From Sarea resinae (lineage: Eukaryota), in the NCBI GenBank assembly GCA_026026165.1, contig JAPEUD010000019.1, forward strand, positions 248,001-312,000: a stretch of DNA of 64,000 bases, read 5' to 3'. The notes beneath the pieces were generated by a model. The model saw nothing but the letters and a program-made list of their open reading frames with translations, was not told where the DNA came from and did no database searches. The translations under genes were made by a program, and so were the position numbers. Positions 25,372-36,987 of this stretch are shown here, in pieces (the first letter of the stretch is position 1; the number at the start of each line of letters is the position of its first letter).

Positions 25372-26107
25372 CCCATCCGTTTGAACTACTATATATCTGC
25401 TTTGATGCATTCAAGCGCTGGCGTTGCGGGGGCATTTTGGCTATTTTGGATTTGAAATGGGAGGCACATAGTTTGGACGTAAATATTGTTCTAGTCAGAA
25501 GCATCGGCCACAGTTGCTTCACATCAACGTTGGCTCTGATAGCCGAGAATAGGGCGCGCAAGTGAATTGAACCCCAGGCCCGGACTTGTGATGGGACTCA
25601 AGGCCGCGGGCAGGAAGATATGTCGGACAGGCTCTAGGGGGGTTGCTCGAGGGCACACGGCGCGGTCTCGAGATATCTTCGTCAACGAGAAAGACGTCGC
25701 TACCAGGAAGTGGCCGGCCGATAGCCACACACGATCGAGATGCCGTTGCATCCTGCAGAGGGTCCGGCTTGACCCAGAGTTCACATGCAAGCAATTGCAG
25801 GCGTTTCTCTGGTACATTAAGCATCGAGAAAGAGAATGGGTGTGATTGCTTCATAGACTCATGTAAATATCTTGCACTCCTCGACCATCATTGGCGCTTA
25901 TCACATTTGATCCGAGCTGCGCAAAAGCATGCTATTTCGAGTTTTGTGCAAAAGAGTAGTGTGTGCAAAGGTGTTTTGGTGCAAAGGTATTTTGGTGCAA
26001 AGAAAACTGTATGAAAAGAGAACTGTATGCTAAGATGTTTTTGTCATCGTGTACCAAATCATATCCTTTTGAAGAGCGCCGAGAATTCCATGATCGATGT
26101 GCCTAGA

Positions 26108-27748
26108 CTATGACTCCTCTTTCTCAATCACCGCGGGAGCCTTGATTGTTCGGTCCTTGAGAAACTCAAGTCCTTCTCCGCCCTGCTATTTGTTAGCCAG
26201 TGTTTCGGATTCTAATAGAACATTGAACTCACGTAGCTGATCCGAGGAGATATTTCAACTCCGGTCTCGGTTTCCTCGCTGACCACGACTCCTCCAGCCG
26301 CCTGGACCCATCGCGTACCTTGGTGAAGAATGTCTCTCTTGCTGGTGTCCGGATCATCTTCGCCCTTCCCTCTGCCATTCTTCAAGGGTGAGAATTCGTC
26401 TTCTCGCTGAACCTCCATGCATGCAAACTTATCAAGCTCCAAGCGCGGGAACACATCGAAGACGAATTGCTCCAGCTTTACACCATTAGGTTGTTCTGGC
26501 TTGATTGTCTCACCATTCTCTGTATTGACAAAAGGGATCTTCTTCCGCGCCACGTGGTGCGGCATATCGTGAGCCCAGTTGGGGATCGACTCGAGGAAAG
26601 AGATCGAATAATAGTGATTGACGATGTTCGCTGCCCTGAACCTCAGGAGATCGTGGTGGTTTGGGTCTTTGGCTTCCGCCGTCTCCTTGTCGATCTCCGA
26701 GTATTCCACCACATCAGGTTTGCCATCTTTCAAAAGAATCAGGCCGACGGGTTCATTTGCATTCCTCTTCCGGACGACCTTGGTCGCAATATCCACTTTC
26801 TTTGAAGCCGAGAAGCCAATGAAGACGGGATCTGCGACTTTGACCAGACAGTTGTCTACGCAGTAAGCATGGATGTGCTCGATTCCACGTTTTTGCATGT
26901 CCGATAGAACGGAAGACTTCACAAGAGCATGGTAAATGCCTCCATTACCGTCAGGTGCACGAGCAACCTACATCCTGTTAGCCTAGTATTCCACCTGTAT
27001 TCGAAATCCGTGTAGAACATACCTTTCCCTTGCTTTCTAACAATATCTTCCCTTCGTTGGAGATGCAGGGGAGAACACCTTGCTCGAAAAATATCACGTT
27101 CTCCTTCTTCAGTCCAAAGAAGTCGTGCTTCGCAAAGAATTCCTCCGTCGGTGCTCTGGTAGGCCCACTAGTCATGACGTACCAGGGCACCACCACATTT
27201 TCCTTGCCATGTTTCTTCTCCGCCAACTGCTGTACCTTCCAGATCCTCTCAGCTTGAAGCTGGAACAAGGACTTTCCGCTCGGCAGTCCAATGTCAAAGC
27301 AACCTTTTGGATCCGAGCTGCCCAGCCTCGTGCCCTGTCCGCCGGCCATGAGCACCACGCCCACCTTGTTGCCGGCGATCAGATCCAAGCCCAGGTTGTA
27401 CCATTGCTCGAGGTCCTCTGGTTTTGAGTCTAGGATGGAGGCTGTTGCGGAGTCGGGCAATTGCTTCAGGATACTTGGTTCGTCGCTCTCGGCCTTGGGA
27501 GGGTGAAGGGCTCGTTCGGTGATCTCATTGATGTGTTTCGGATCAATGTCAGATAGTTGGTGGTAGAGGGTCTCTTTTTCAGCGGCATCGAGCTTGTCGT
27601 AGAAGGCGAAGACTTGAGCCTGGCCGGCGTCTTCGTACTGCTTGCGCAGCTTGAGTAGCTCATCCTCTGACGGTTCTCTTGGTGGGAGCCGGCTCTCGCC
27701 AGAGGTGATATGAAGCTTGTCTAGTAGACTGTGCATCGCAGACGCCAT
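26108..27748 (-). CDS. UAP1: UDP-N-acetylglucosamine pyrophosphorylase
   Basis: [52 protein letters not shown]; 2 introns. Confidence 0.97.
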
Positions 27749-28922
27749 GTTGGACGAAAGGCTGAAGGGATTCAACGACGGAGGAAAAGGTTGGAGGATT
27801 GAAAGAGGGCGGCAAAGGTCTACTTTTGAAAGGGATCTGATGGGTTGCAGAGGGGACTGATTTATATTCTGTCGGATTCTTTGCGGTGAGTGTCAGGGTA
27901 CTCGGTATGCCTTACTCTAGCTGTGAATGGCGAAGTATTTCCACCGTAATCGTCAATAAGGCAATGAGACCAGGCAATGGACAATAATAGCTCCAGGCAA
28001 AAATAGGCACAAGAGGGAGGCACTGCCCACTGCCCCTCGTATATACGGAGTACACAGTACAGCCTGTATACAAGCCTTGAGACGACGTACTACCAAGACC
28101 TGACGCATCTCCGTACCGTGCGAGTACGGGTTACATGCATCTGCATCGTACCAGACCTAAGGTAGCCCGGTAGGTAGGCAGTACCTCGCACGCAGATGGT
28201 GCAGAGGCAAAGACTTATCTTATCTGCCATCTTATCTGATGATGTGAGGCCTCGTAGCACCTCTCTAAGGGGTCGGATCGAGAGACTGAGTTGTAGAATA
28301 GATATTGCAGAGATAGGATACTATGAACCACCTCGAACCAATACATGCCTACGGAGAGTACACGTTCTATGGAATCAGAGGAGCAATCTAGGCATAGCAT
28401 TCCATAAGCCTCGGCTTCTGATACTCTATCGTACAGATTCCGTATTTTATAGTGCATTGTCGTCGTAGGATCAAAGGCAGAATGACTACCTATATAGCAC
28501 GATTTGGGTTGGCATTCAAGATGTTCGTGACATGCATTCGCATCGAAATACATTACTCCATCTCCTGGATTGCGAAAGGATGAAAGAGGAGGCTGCGGGA
28601 TGTTCGCTGCCGCACCTTCATATAATTTGCTGATACTGCGAATTGATCAAGTGGCGGTGGCCCGTGAGGCATATGGATCGGTCATGACAGGCGTCATCAT
28701 GCAGGACCCGTCGCAGGGTCCCTCGGGCCAAACAAGGGAACCGAACGTCAACAACCGCATTCACACCAACATTGCCGTACTCACCATTCACCTCCACCTC
28801 TCCTACTCTACTGACCTCTCATCAACTTCAGCGACGACATCAATGCAAAACTCCAGAACGCAGCAGAGGTTTTGCCCCTAGGACCATCTTCATCCGAAAC
28901 CCAGACGCAACCCCTCACCAAA

Positions 28923-29756
28923 ATGTCCCACGACTGTCACTCCGAGCACGCGGGCCACAGCCACGACGGTCACGGCGGCCACGACCACGTCCACGACCAC
29001 AGCGACGAAATCGCCCCTGTGCACCAGTCGCTGCTTTACCAGCAGGTCGACTTCTCTGGTATCACGACGCTCAACGAAGCCGTGCCGGGGTCGGGCGCCG
29101 CCGTCGTGCAGAAGGCCTGGGCGCAGCACCAGGACACGGAGCCTGAACTCGCGTCGGATGTGGATGAGCAGTTGCTGATGTTTGTGCCGTACGTATAGGC
29201 CCCCCCTTCATTCCCTCCCACCCTTTCCCCTGCCACCTTTCCCCCCTCAAAGCTATAGACGGGGACTCAGGAGTGAAGGGCTGTTGCCGGCGGCTGGCTG
29301 ACCTTCAATCACAATTGCAGATTCACCGGCCAGATCAAGCTGCAATCCGTGCTCATCCTGACATCGCCATCGCCCTCGGCGCCAAAAACGCTCCACCTGT
29401 TCGCCAATCGCGACGACCTCGACTTCAGCACGGCCTCGGACCTGCCCCCGACACAAACACTGCATCTCTCGCAGACATCGGCGTTGCAAGAACTGCCCGT
29501 CAAGCGCACCCTCTTCAACGCCACGCAGTCGCTGACGCTGTTCTTCGCCGACAACTTCGGCGATGGCGACGAGGACGTCACGAGGGTTACTTATGTCGGC
29601 TTCAAGGGCGAATGGATGCGCCTCAATCGCGAGCCCGTCGAGTTTTTGTACGAGGCTGCTGCTAATCCGGGCGATCATAAGGCTGTCGTCGGCACGAAAC
29701 AAGGGCTGGGGAGCAGTAGGCTGGGTGGTGCGGGCGGAGGCGGGGATGGCGTTTGA
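28923..29756 (+). CDS. PITHD1: PITH-domain protein with His-rich N-terminus
   Basis: SDVDEQLLMFVP|FTGQIKL..APKTLHLFANRDDLDF..YEAAANPGDH; one intron. Confidence 0.9.
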
Positions 29757-30433
29757 ACGACTGAATGAATTGAACGAGCGGACTATAGCGAGCGAAGGAA
29801 TGTGAAATTTCATGGCGTGAAAAGGGGCTACGAAAAAACGAATCATGGGCCCGGAGGGAATGAATTGCATCATTAGCTTACCAGCCGGCATCTCCGCCGG
29901 TGGCGTTCAGAAAAGGCGTCCGTCTTTCCCTATGCGCTTCTAATCTGCTATCGACCTTTGATCTGAAAAGAAAATAGGAACACCCGTCTGGAAGCCGGCC
30001 CGCGGGTCGGGGTCGGGGACGGGACCGGGGACGGGACCGGGGACGGGGGATGAGAGTTAGGTCTCACTAGGCAAGGTATACAGCAGCCATTGTGCTTTCT
30101 ATCAGGTACTCAGATGAAATATCTACCTCTTTACGAATGGAATCGATGAGGTTCTTTATCACGCACCAGAGCTACTCTACTCTACGCTATTTAGTACCAT
30201 CCTAGCTCCCAGAGTATCAGAGTTGGGGAAAGAAAAAAACGTGCTTAGGGAGGAGTATTCTTTCACAATGACGATGACGATGGCGACCGAGATGACGAAA
30301 TATTTCTTTTATTTTCAGCGGAGGGGCTTCTCGTTGCTCTCAAGATGCTCGGCTCTCCCTGGCTACCGCATCCCCTATCACCAAAGACACACCTACCTGA
30401 GTCTGACTTTTCTAAAGCTGCTAAACAAACCCT

Positions 30434-30478
30434 CCCCTGCCCTGCCCTGCCCTGCCCTGCCCTGCCCTGCCCTGCCCT
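30434..30478. repeat. (CCCTG)n pentanucleotide repeat abutting the DHX35 stop codon
   Basis: Directly visible. Confidence 0.9.
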
Positions 30479-32890
30479 ACCGCCCGATCTTGTAAAACGC
30501 CGGCGCGTATTCCAGCAGCCAGCCCTTCTCGACCTTGGTCACGTCCCGGATGAACGTCTTGTTAGCCGTCTCTAGCACCTCGTGGAAGATGACCCAGTCG
30601 GCTTTGCGGTTCTAGATAGAGAGAGAACGAGAGGTTCAAAGTCAGTTGGGTTGTTGGGCTCGTCGGTGGGGTGGTGCGCTTCTGGTTGGAGAGGGAGGTG
30701 GAGGGAAGGGAAGGAGAGGAAAAGTCCCGTGGGGTTCAAGGGATGGAGGGAGGGAGGGAGGGAAAGCAAGGAATGACATTGACATTGACATTACACGTAC
30801 AAACATGACGGAGCTCGGGTGCGCGTATAACGTCGTCCCACCGCTCACGGTCCTGAAACTCCCGTCCGGCTGCATGCGCGCGGCGTGCGCGAAGAACCCG
30901 GTCGTCAGGCACCGGCGGATCTTCTCGCCCTTTCCGGGCCCGGAGCCATCGGCGTCGGCGGCAAGCCCGTCACTCCGCTGGCCTCGCTGTCCTCTGTGCT
31001 GTTGATGTTGATGTTGACCACGAGTCAGACTCTCGTCGTCGTCGTCGACCTTCAGCCCAAACCGCTCGAGATAGCGCTTCAGCTGGGCCCGGATCCGAAC
31101 GGCGCGCTCCAGCGCCTTGAAGTTGAGATAGTGCTGGCGACACCAGCCGGCGGCGTGCGTGCGACTCCGCGACACGAACGCCCGGTACACGTTCAGCAGG
31201 GTCAGATGGTCGCCTTCGTCGGCGGCGAATTTATGGCGTTCGGAGTCGGCCTCCTTGGCACCCTCGTGCTGCACCCACACGCTCCCGCCCTGCAGCGCCG
31301 TCATGGCCGCGATATCGACCATTTCCGATAGACAGCCAAAGGTCGGGGCGGCCAGCAAGGCTTTGGCCATCATGGGCTCGAGGGCCAGCTCGGCCATGCG
31401 CAGACCGAGCGGCTTGCTGAGCTTGGCGTAGTCGTCCAAGGCGCCGAGCGAGTAGAGGAGCTCGAGCGCGCGCGTGAGGAGCTGGGCCGGCGGCGGCGTC
31501 AGGAAATCGAATCGCGCCACGTTGTCGATGCCGAGCGCTTTGAGCTGCAGGATCACGGGCGCCAGGTTCGAGCGTTGGATCTCCGGAATGCTGGTCGCGG
31601 GGAGCACGGTCTGGTAGGTCGATTCCGGGTACAGGCGGAAGCATTTGCCCGGCTTGGTGCGGCCGGCGCGGCCGGCGCGTTGGGTTGCCGATGCCTTGGA
31701 GATGGGCACGGCGGTGAGTGTCTCGATGCCCGTGGAGGGGTTGAAGGCGCGCAGTTTGACGAAGCCCGTGTCGACGACGAAGACGATGTCGGGGATGGTC
31801 AAGGACGCTTCGGCGATGTTGGTCGCGAGGATGACCTTGCGCGTGTTCTCGGGCGCCGGCTCGAAGACGTAGAGTTGTTGTTCGGTGGAGAGGCCGGCAT
31901 AGAGAGGCAGAGGGAGGAGAGAAGGGGCGCGCGGATGGAGAGAGGCGGACCGGTCGGCGATGAGTTGGATTGCGCTGTCGATTTCCTCGCGGCCGGTCAG
32001 GAAGACCAGGATGTCTCCCTCGCCTTCTTTGGTGTGGATGTCAAAGACAGTCTTTACGGCCCTCTCGACGTAGTCTTCTGTCGGCTGCTCGAGGTATAGA
32101 ATGTCGACTGGATACATGCGACCCTCGAGACTGATAATCCGGCCTGTATCGCCGCCAATGTGGTTTCCGCTTGCCTTGTCGTTGGCACCATCAGCGCCGA
32201 CGAAAAACCGCAAGAAATCCTCGGCCTGTAAAGTGGCACTGCTGATGATAATCCTCAGCTCCGGTCGCCTCTTGCGGATCTTCTTCAATATTCCTAGCAG
32301 GATGTCTGTGCTCAGGGATCGCTCGTGCGCCTCGTCGACCATGATGACCGAATATCGAGATAATAACGGATCGACGAGCGCTTCGCGGAGGAGAAGACCG
32401 TCGGTCAGGAACTTGATTTTGGTTGCCGCCGACGTGACATCTTCGAATCGAATCGAATAGCCCACCTGTATGATCAGCCACGTCTCTCCGTCGGACCGGG
32501 AAGAAGAAACCAACCTCTTCGCCGAGCTTACATCTCATCTCCTCGGCCACTCGCGCGGCCACGGTCGTAGCAGCTACTCGCCTTGGCTAGAGCCCGGTCA
32601 GCCCGTACTTTTCGTAGATGAACATCAAGAAACAAAGCAGCCCATCAGAACTCACCTACCTGCGTGACCGCAACCACCTTGCCATTGGCGCACCATCCCG
32701 CCTGCTCCAGGAACTGCGGTATCTGAGTCGTCTTACCGCTGCCTGTCTGGCCTACCACGATGGTGACGGGGTACGTTTCGATGAGATAGAGCAAATTCTG
32801 TCGATGTCGTGCGATGGGGAGGAGAGAGGAGGGTTTATGCAGGGAGGGGATGTAGGAGGTCGACAACTCGAGGTCGAGATCGGACGCCAT
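30477..32890 (-). CDS. DHX35: DEAH-box RNA helicase DHX35
   Basis: GQTGSGKTTQIPQF, DEAH, SAT, ATNIAEASLT, QRAGRAGR; short N-terminus typical of DHX35; 3 introns. Confidence 0.88.
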
Positions 32891-33130
32891 TTCGATGCGC
32901 TGAAGAGGAAGAATTGCGGTTCTTGTAACCCTAGGGAATGGTAAAGATGCTGCGGACGTGCTGAGACATGATAGCAGCGCAAAGACCGCGTCGCGACAGA
33001 GCCGCAAAGAACTATTCCACAAGGCGCATAAGGCAATTCAATTGCGTTTGTCCTGGAGTTGCTGCTGCTCCTCCTGACGCAGCGGGAAAAGAAAGTCGCC
33101 GGCATCTCCCGTCGGCCAGGTCTCGACCCT

Positions 33131-33166
33131 CATCCAGATCATCCAGATCATCCAGATCATCCAGAT
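33131..33166. repeat. (CATCCAGAT)x4 tandem repeat in the DHX35/CCDC25 divergent region
   Basis: Directly visible. Confidence 0.9.
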
Positions 33167-33260
33167 CCTTGCAACAACAACAACAACCTCCTCGACGAAC
33201 GGCTTTCGATACTGCCCCTCACCACCCAGTCCATCGTTGCTTCAATCCTCTTCCGCCAGA

Positions 33261-34496
33261 ATGGTCTATTACTTCACCAGTAATGCCGTCACTCCCTCCG
33301 CCTTCATCTACGTCGGCAAAGACAAGTTCGAAAGTATGCGCCCACATCCCCACCATCCAGCATCCAGCTTGCCCCGCGCCCCGCGCCGTCGTCCCGGTCT
33401 CCTCCACAAGAAGCCTCTCTCTTCTCCTCCGCCGCCGTGCTAACGTCTCACTCAACCAGATGAAGAGCTGATTGCGCACGGCTGGGAAGAGGATGTATGG
33501 TATCTGCCTTTCCGCCCCCGAGACCCTCCATTCCGCAAATAAGCAAACCAATCCCCGACTAACACCTCCGCCACCTCGCAGGGTTCGTCGCACTTCTCCT
33601 AGAACGCAACCTCTATATCTTACAATTCCCTGACTTGGTCCCGTTCAGTTCCACGTCGACAATCTCTCCAGCGCGCACGTCTACCTCCGCCTTCGCGACG
33701 GCGAAACCTGGGACGCCATCCCGCCTGGCCTCCTCCAAGACTGCATCCAGCTAACCAAAGCGAATTCAATTGAGGGTTCGTGTGCTGGCCCGCCACTCCC
33801 CCCTTTCCCCCGCTCCATTCCCACTCCAATCTTGCACTGATCGACTAACGACCCCTCCCCGTATCCCGCACCCACAGGCAACAAGAAGGACAACATAACA
33901 GTCATCTACACGCCGCACGGCAACCTCAAAAAGGACGGCAGCATGGCCGTGGGCCAAGTCAGCTTCAAGGACCCCAAGAAAGTGAAGAAGGCGCTCGTGG
34001 TGCAGCGCGAGAACGCCGTCATCAACCGGCTCAACAAGACCAAGGTCGAGAAGACGAAGCCGGACCTGAGACAGGAGAAGGAAGACCACCTGCGCGAGCT
34101 GCGGAAGAAAGACCGCATCGCGCAGCAGGAACGGGTTTGTCTCTCTCCCTTGGTTTTTCTTTTCTCCTTTTTTTTCTTTTCTTCGTTCCTGATCCTTGCG
34201 TGCATCCGAACCTTCATTCGACTCAACCCCAGTCTCCCGTCTCCTCGGCCCCCCCTCCCCCCTTTTTTTTTTTCTTTTCTCCGTCTTCGCCCCTTCCATG
34301 TCCACTCCGATAGAAGCCTCGCTAACCCCAGGCTCGGAACAACCAGAAACAGCGCGAGGCAGCCACAGCGCGCGAACACGCCGCCCTCGCGTGGCAGAAA
34401 GACCACGCATACGACGAGCTCTTCGGGGACGAAGAGGCGCTGAAAGCGACGCAGAACTGGGACCGCGAGGAGGGATGGGAGGACGACTTCATGTGA
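33261..34496 (+). CDS. CCDC25: CCDC25/Jlp2 (NFACT-R, DUF814) protein; model includes a 1-nt exon
   Basis: [62 protein letters not shown]. Confidence 0.95.
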
Positions 34497-35544
34497 AAGT
34501 CATCCTCCTCGTTCTCTCTTCGGGGATTTTCGGTTGGGTGCTTTGAGGGCTTGCTTTCTGGGATCGGGCTACGGGGCAGGAGAAGAGAGAGGGCCCGGCA
34601 CGGGGAATGGGTGGTTGCGACCTCGTCTTAGATTGCTTCGGTAGATTGCCTGCATCTTGCATGCAGACATTTTGTTTGTGGTTTTTCTTTTTCTCCTGAA
34701 AAGGGGTTAGATAGTAAGGTCTAGATATGATTGAACGACCCAAGTAACTTTCGAAGATGTTTTTGGTATTTCTGTTTCCCCTATGGAGTCTTTCGACTTT
34801 CGAACTTTCCTTTCGGATCAGATATGTACAGTGAAGAAAAAAAAAATGGGAAAAGGAATTTGGCCCCCTGACGTGCGGCCTGCAGGCCGAGCCATCTGCT
34901 GATACGATACCAGAATATCACCAGACTTGCTTCAGTAAAACACATTCCAACAAGACACCTGGACGTATCCATTCAATTCATTCGCCGACCAAACAGAGAG
35001 AAAAAGAAGTGGGGAAAGAATTTGGTCTTCGGGAAATGAAATCAAATTGGCACATAGTCCGTTGTGCTCGGTTGATGCCTGCGGTACCTGAGGCTGGACG
35101 TTGACTTTCGCAACGTTGATGCGCGCGCTTGAAAGGTCTTATCGGCCTATCGATGTTCTACCTTACGGGAGCGTAGGAAGGACGTAGTCGCTGTTGTGTG
35201 TTTTGGCAAATCTGTTCGCGAGCTGTATCCATAGCCTCAAGCCTTATCCGAAAATAAAGAGAGGCGCTGAGAAGATCATTGACCGGTCCGGCGGGGCTAG
35301 AGAATACACACGCTAAGGGTTAGGTTTTCCTGCTCCCGTCGAGAACATGCTCGCTTCACATGCCGGTTCTGCGTGTCGATTGGATGTCGAGCTTGGCAAT
35401 GATATTGAGGGCGGAGCGTAGATGAAGTGGTAGATTTCTATGACAGGGCTGGCGATTGTGAGGTAGAATAGACGCGACGTGGCCAATATGGTATCAGCAG
35501 CAGAGACGGCGAAGGGCGGAGATATCCAGGAGATAGAAGAGACA

Positions 35545-36987
35545 TCAATAATCTTCCAGCCTGTTGATCTGTTTCTTGATGAATTCAAAAGAAGAAAAGA
35601 AAATGGCATTGACAAGACATGAACGACCCATGGAGACACCGAGACCTGTGTTCATAGCGTCAGATACTATTACTCACCAGAAATGAAGGAGAACAATGAC
35701 ACACCTCGGTACATTCTCCTGTTGAAAAATTGAATCTTGGGCGTGTCAATTTTGGTCGAGGCGCTATGTGTCAGGCAATTCCTTTGGTAGATGCTTTTCG
35801 CCGAGTCGATTGGGTATATCTGATCAGATCGTCAGCAGCTGGGAAGTACATGGATCGAGTTTCTTACACAAGCCCAGGAAACAAGCCCACAAATTCCTCC
35901 TGCGACGACCACGGCTACAGGTGAGGTCGGAGAGCTTCCACTAGTCGTGGCCATTACCTGTTTACAACTCTCATAAGTCGTGAAGTAGATTCCTGTGCCG
36001 ATAGTATCACGTACTGCATACACGCACGTCAGAACAAGCGGTTCCAGATGAATCTCGGATCACTTACACAAATGCAAGTGAAATCCCGAATACAATCCAC
36101 GAACGCCTCGATGCTGAACAATATTTTGTGCCGTCTTCAGAGTACCCTTTTGCTGGTAAGAGTGTCGCACCGCGTCGTCTCCGCCCATCGCAACATTGTT
36201 GCTGCCAGCCATGAGCACCGAGATCTGGGCACTCAATTTTGTCAATTCGAAGGGACCTAGACAGCAGGAATTAGTACTCTGCAGCAGCAAGATGGCCCAC
36301 AAAACCACATACAAGCAATTGCAGTGATGGCGGCCCCTGCCGTTGCGCCCGCAGCCCCAAAGCACGCCGCCGTTATGAATGTCGGATAACTCCCCGGGCT
36401 ATTGACGATGACCAGAGGAGACTGTCCGGTCGCCTTCTCCAGCCATGCCGAGTACGTGTATTTGGCCTTTTGGTAGATGGAGAACGACACGGTTCGGACG
36501 AAGGTGATGCTGGCCAGCGGAGCGAGGACACCTTGATCGCTGTCAGCTCGCCGAGCAGGGCTACTCGGAACGCATCTCTCACCTCTCCAGAAGCCCCTCA
36601 ATCCCTCGGTCTGATGCGTATGCCGTACACAATCGACGAATGTGGGAAACTTGTATCTATTCGGCAGTGAGTCAGTGCCGATTCACCTACCAGCAAGTAC
36701 GGAGATCTTACGCTTGCATTCGCGTCTTCACGGAATCGAGAGGATACTAGGATTGGATATCAGCCGCTGGCTGACGGATGCCCGGACATTGCCACGCATT
36801 TTCTTGCCATTGACCCACTTACCGCGGTAAAGGTCGAGAGGATACTGCTGGTGCTGGCTGCGATCTCAGTGCGGTAGTGCTTTGACCACCGCTTGGGTCG
36901 ACCCTTCTCTGGCGGAGCATAGGGAAGAGGCAATAGTCGTGGATCGTGAGCTTTGCCATCGGCGGGACCTTGACGCGGTTCGGGCAT
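35545..36987 (-). CDS. Mitochondrial carrier (SLC25) family protein, substrate uncertain
   Basis: Carrier signatures YPLDSVKTRMQ, CPFELTKL, YPIDSAK; multiple introns; start codon uncertain. Confidence 0.88.

Noticed and set aside
31575..32099. Long antisense ORFs over DHX35 (similar ones over MRPL9, PITHD1, SGO1)
   Set aside because: Shadow frames produced by GC-rich codon usage; no recognisable motifs
33500..33648. Stwintron ([D1,2] or [A2,3]) interpretation of the CCDC25 double intron
   Set aside because: Both introns are complete on their own and the intervening G must stay in the mRNA to encode Trp, so it is exonic
35317..35325. CCTAACCCT on the minus strand resembling a telomerase RNA template
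   Set aside because: A 9-nt telomeric match is expected a few times by chance in 64 kb; it sits in a 3' region with little room and no recognisable pseudoknot
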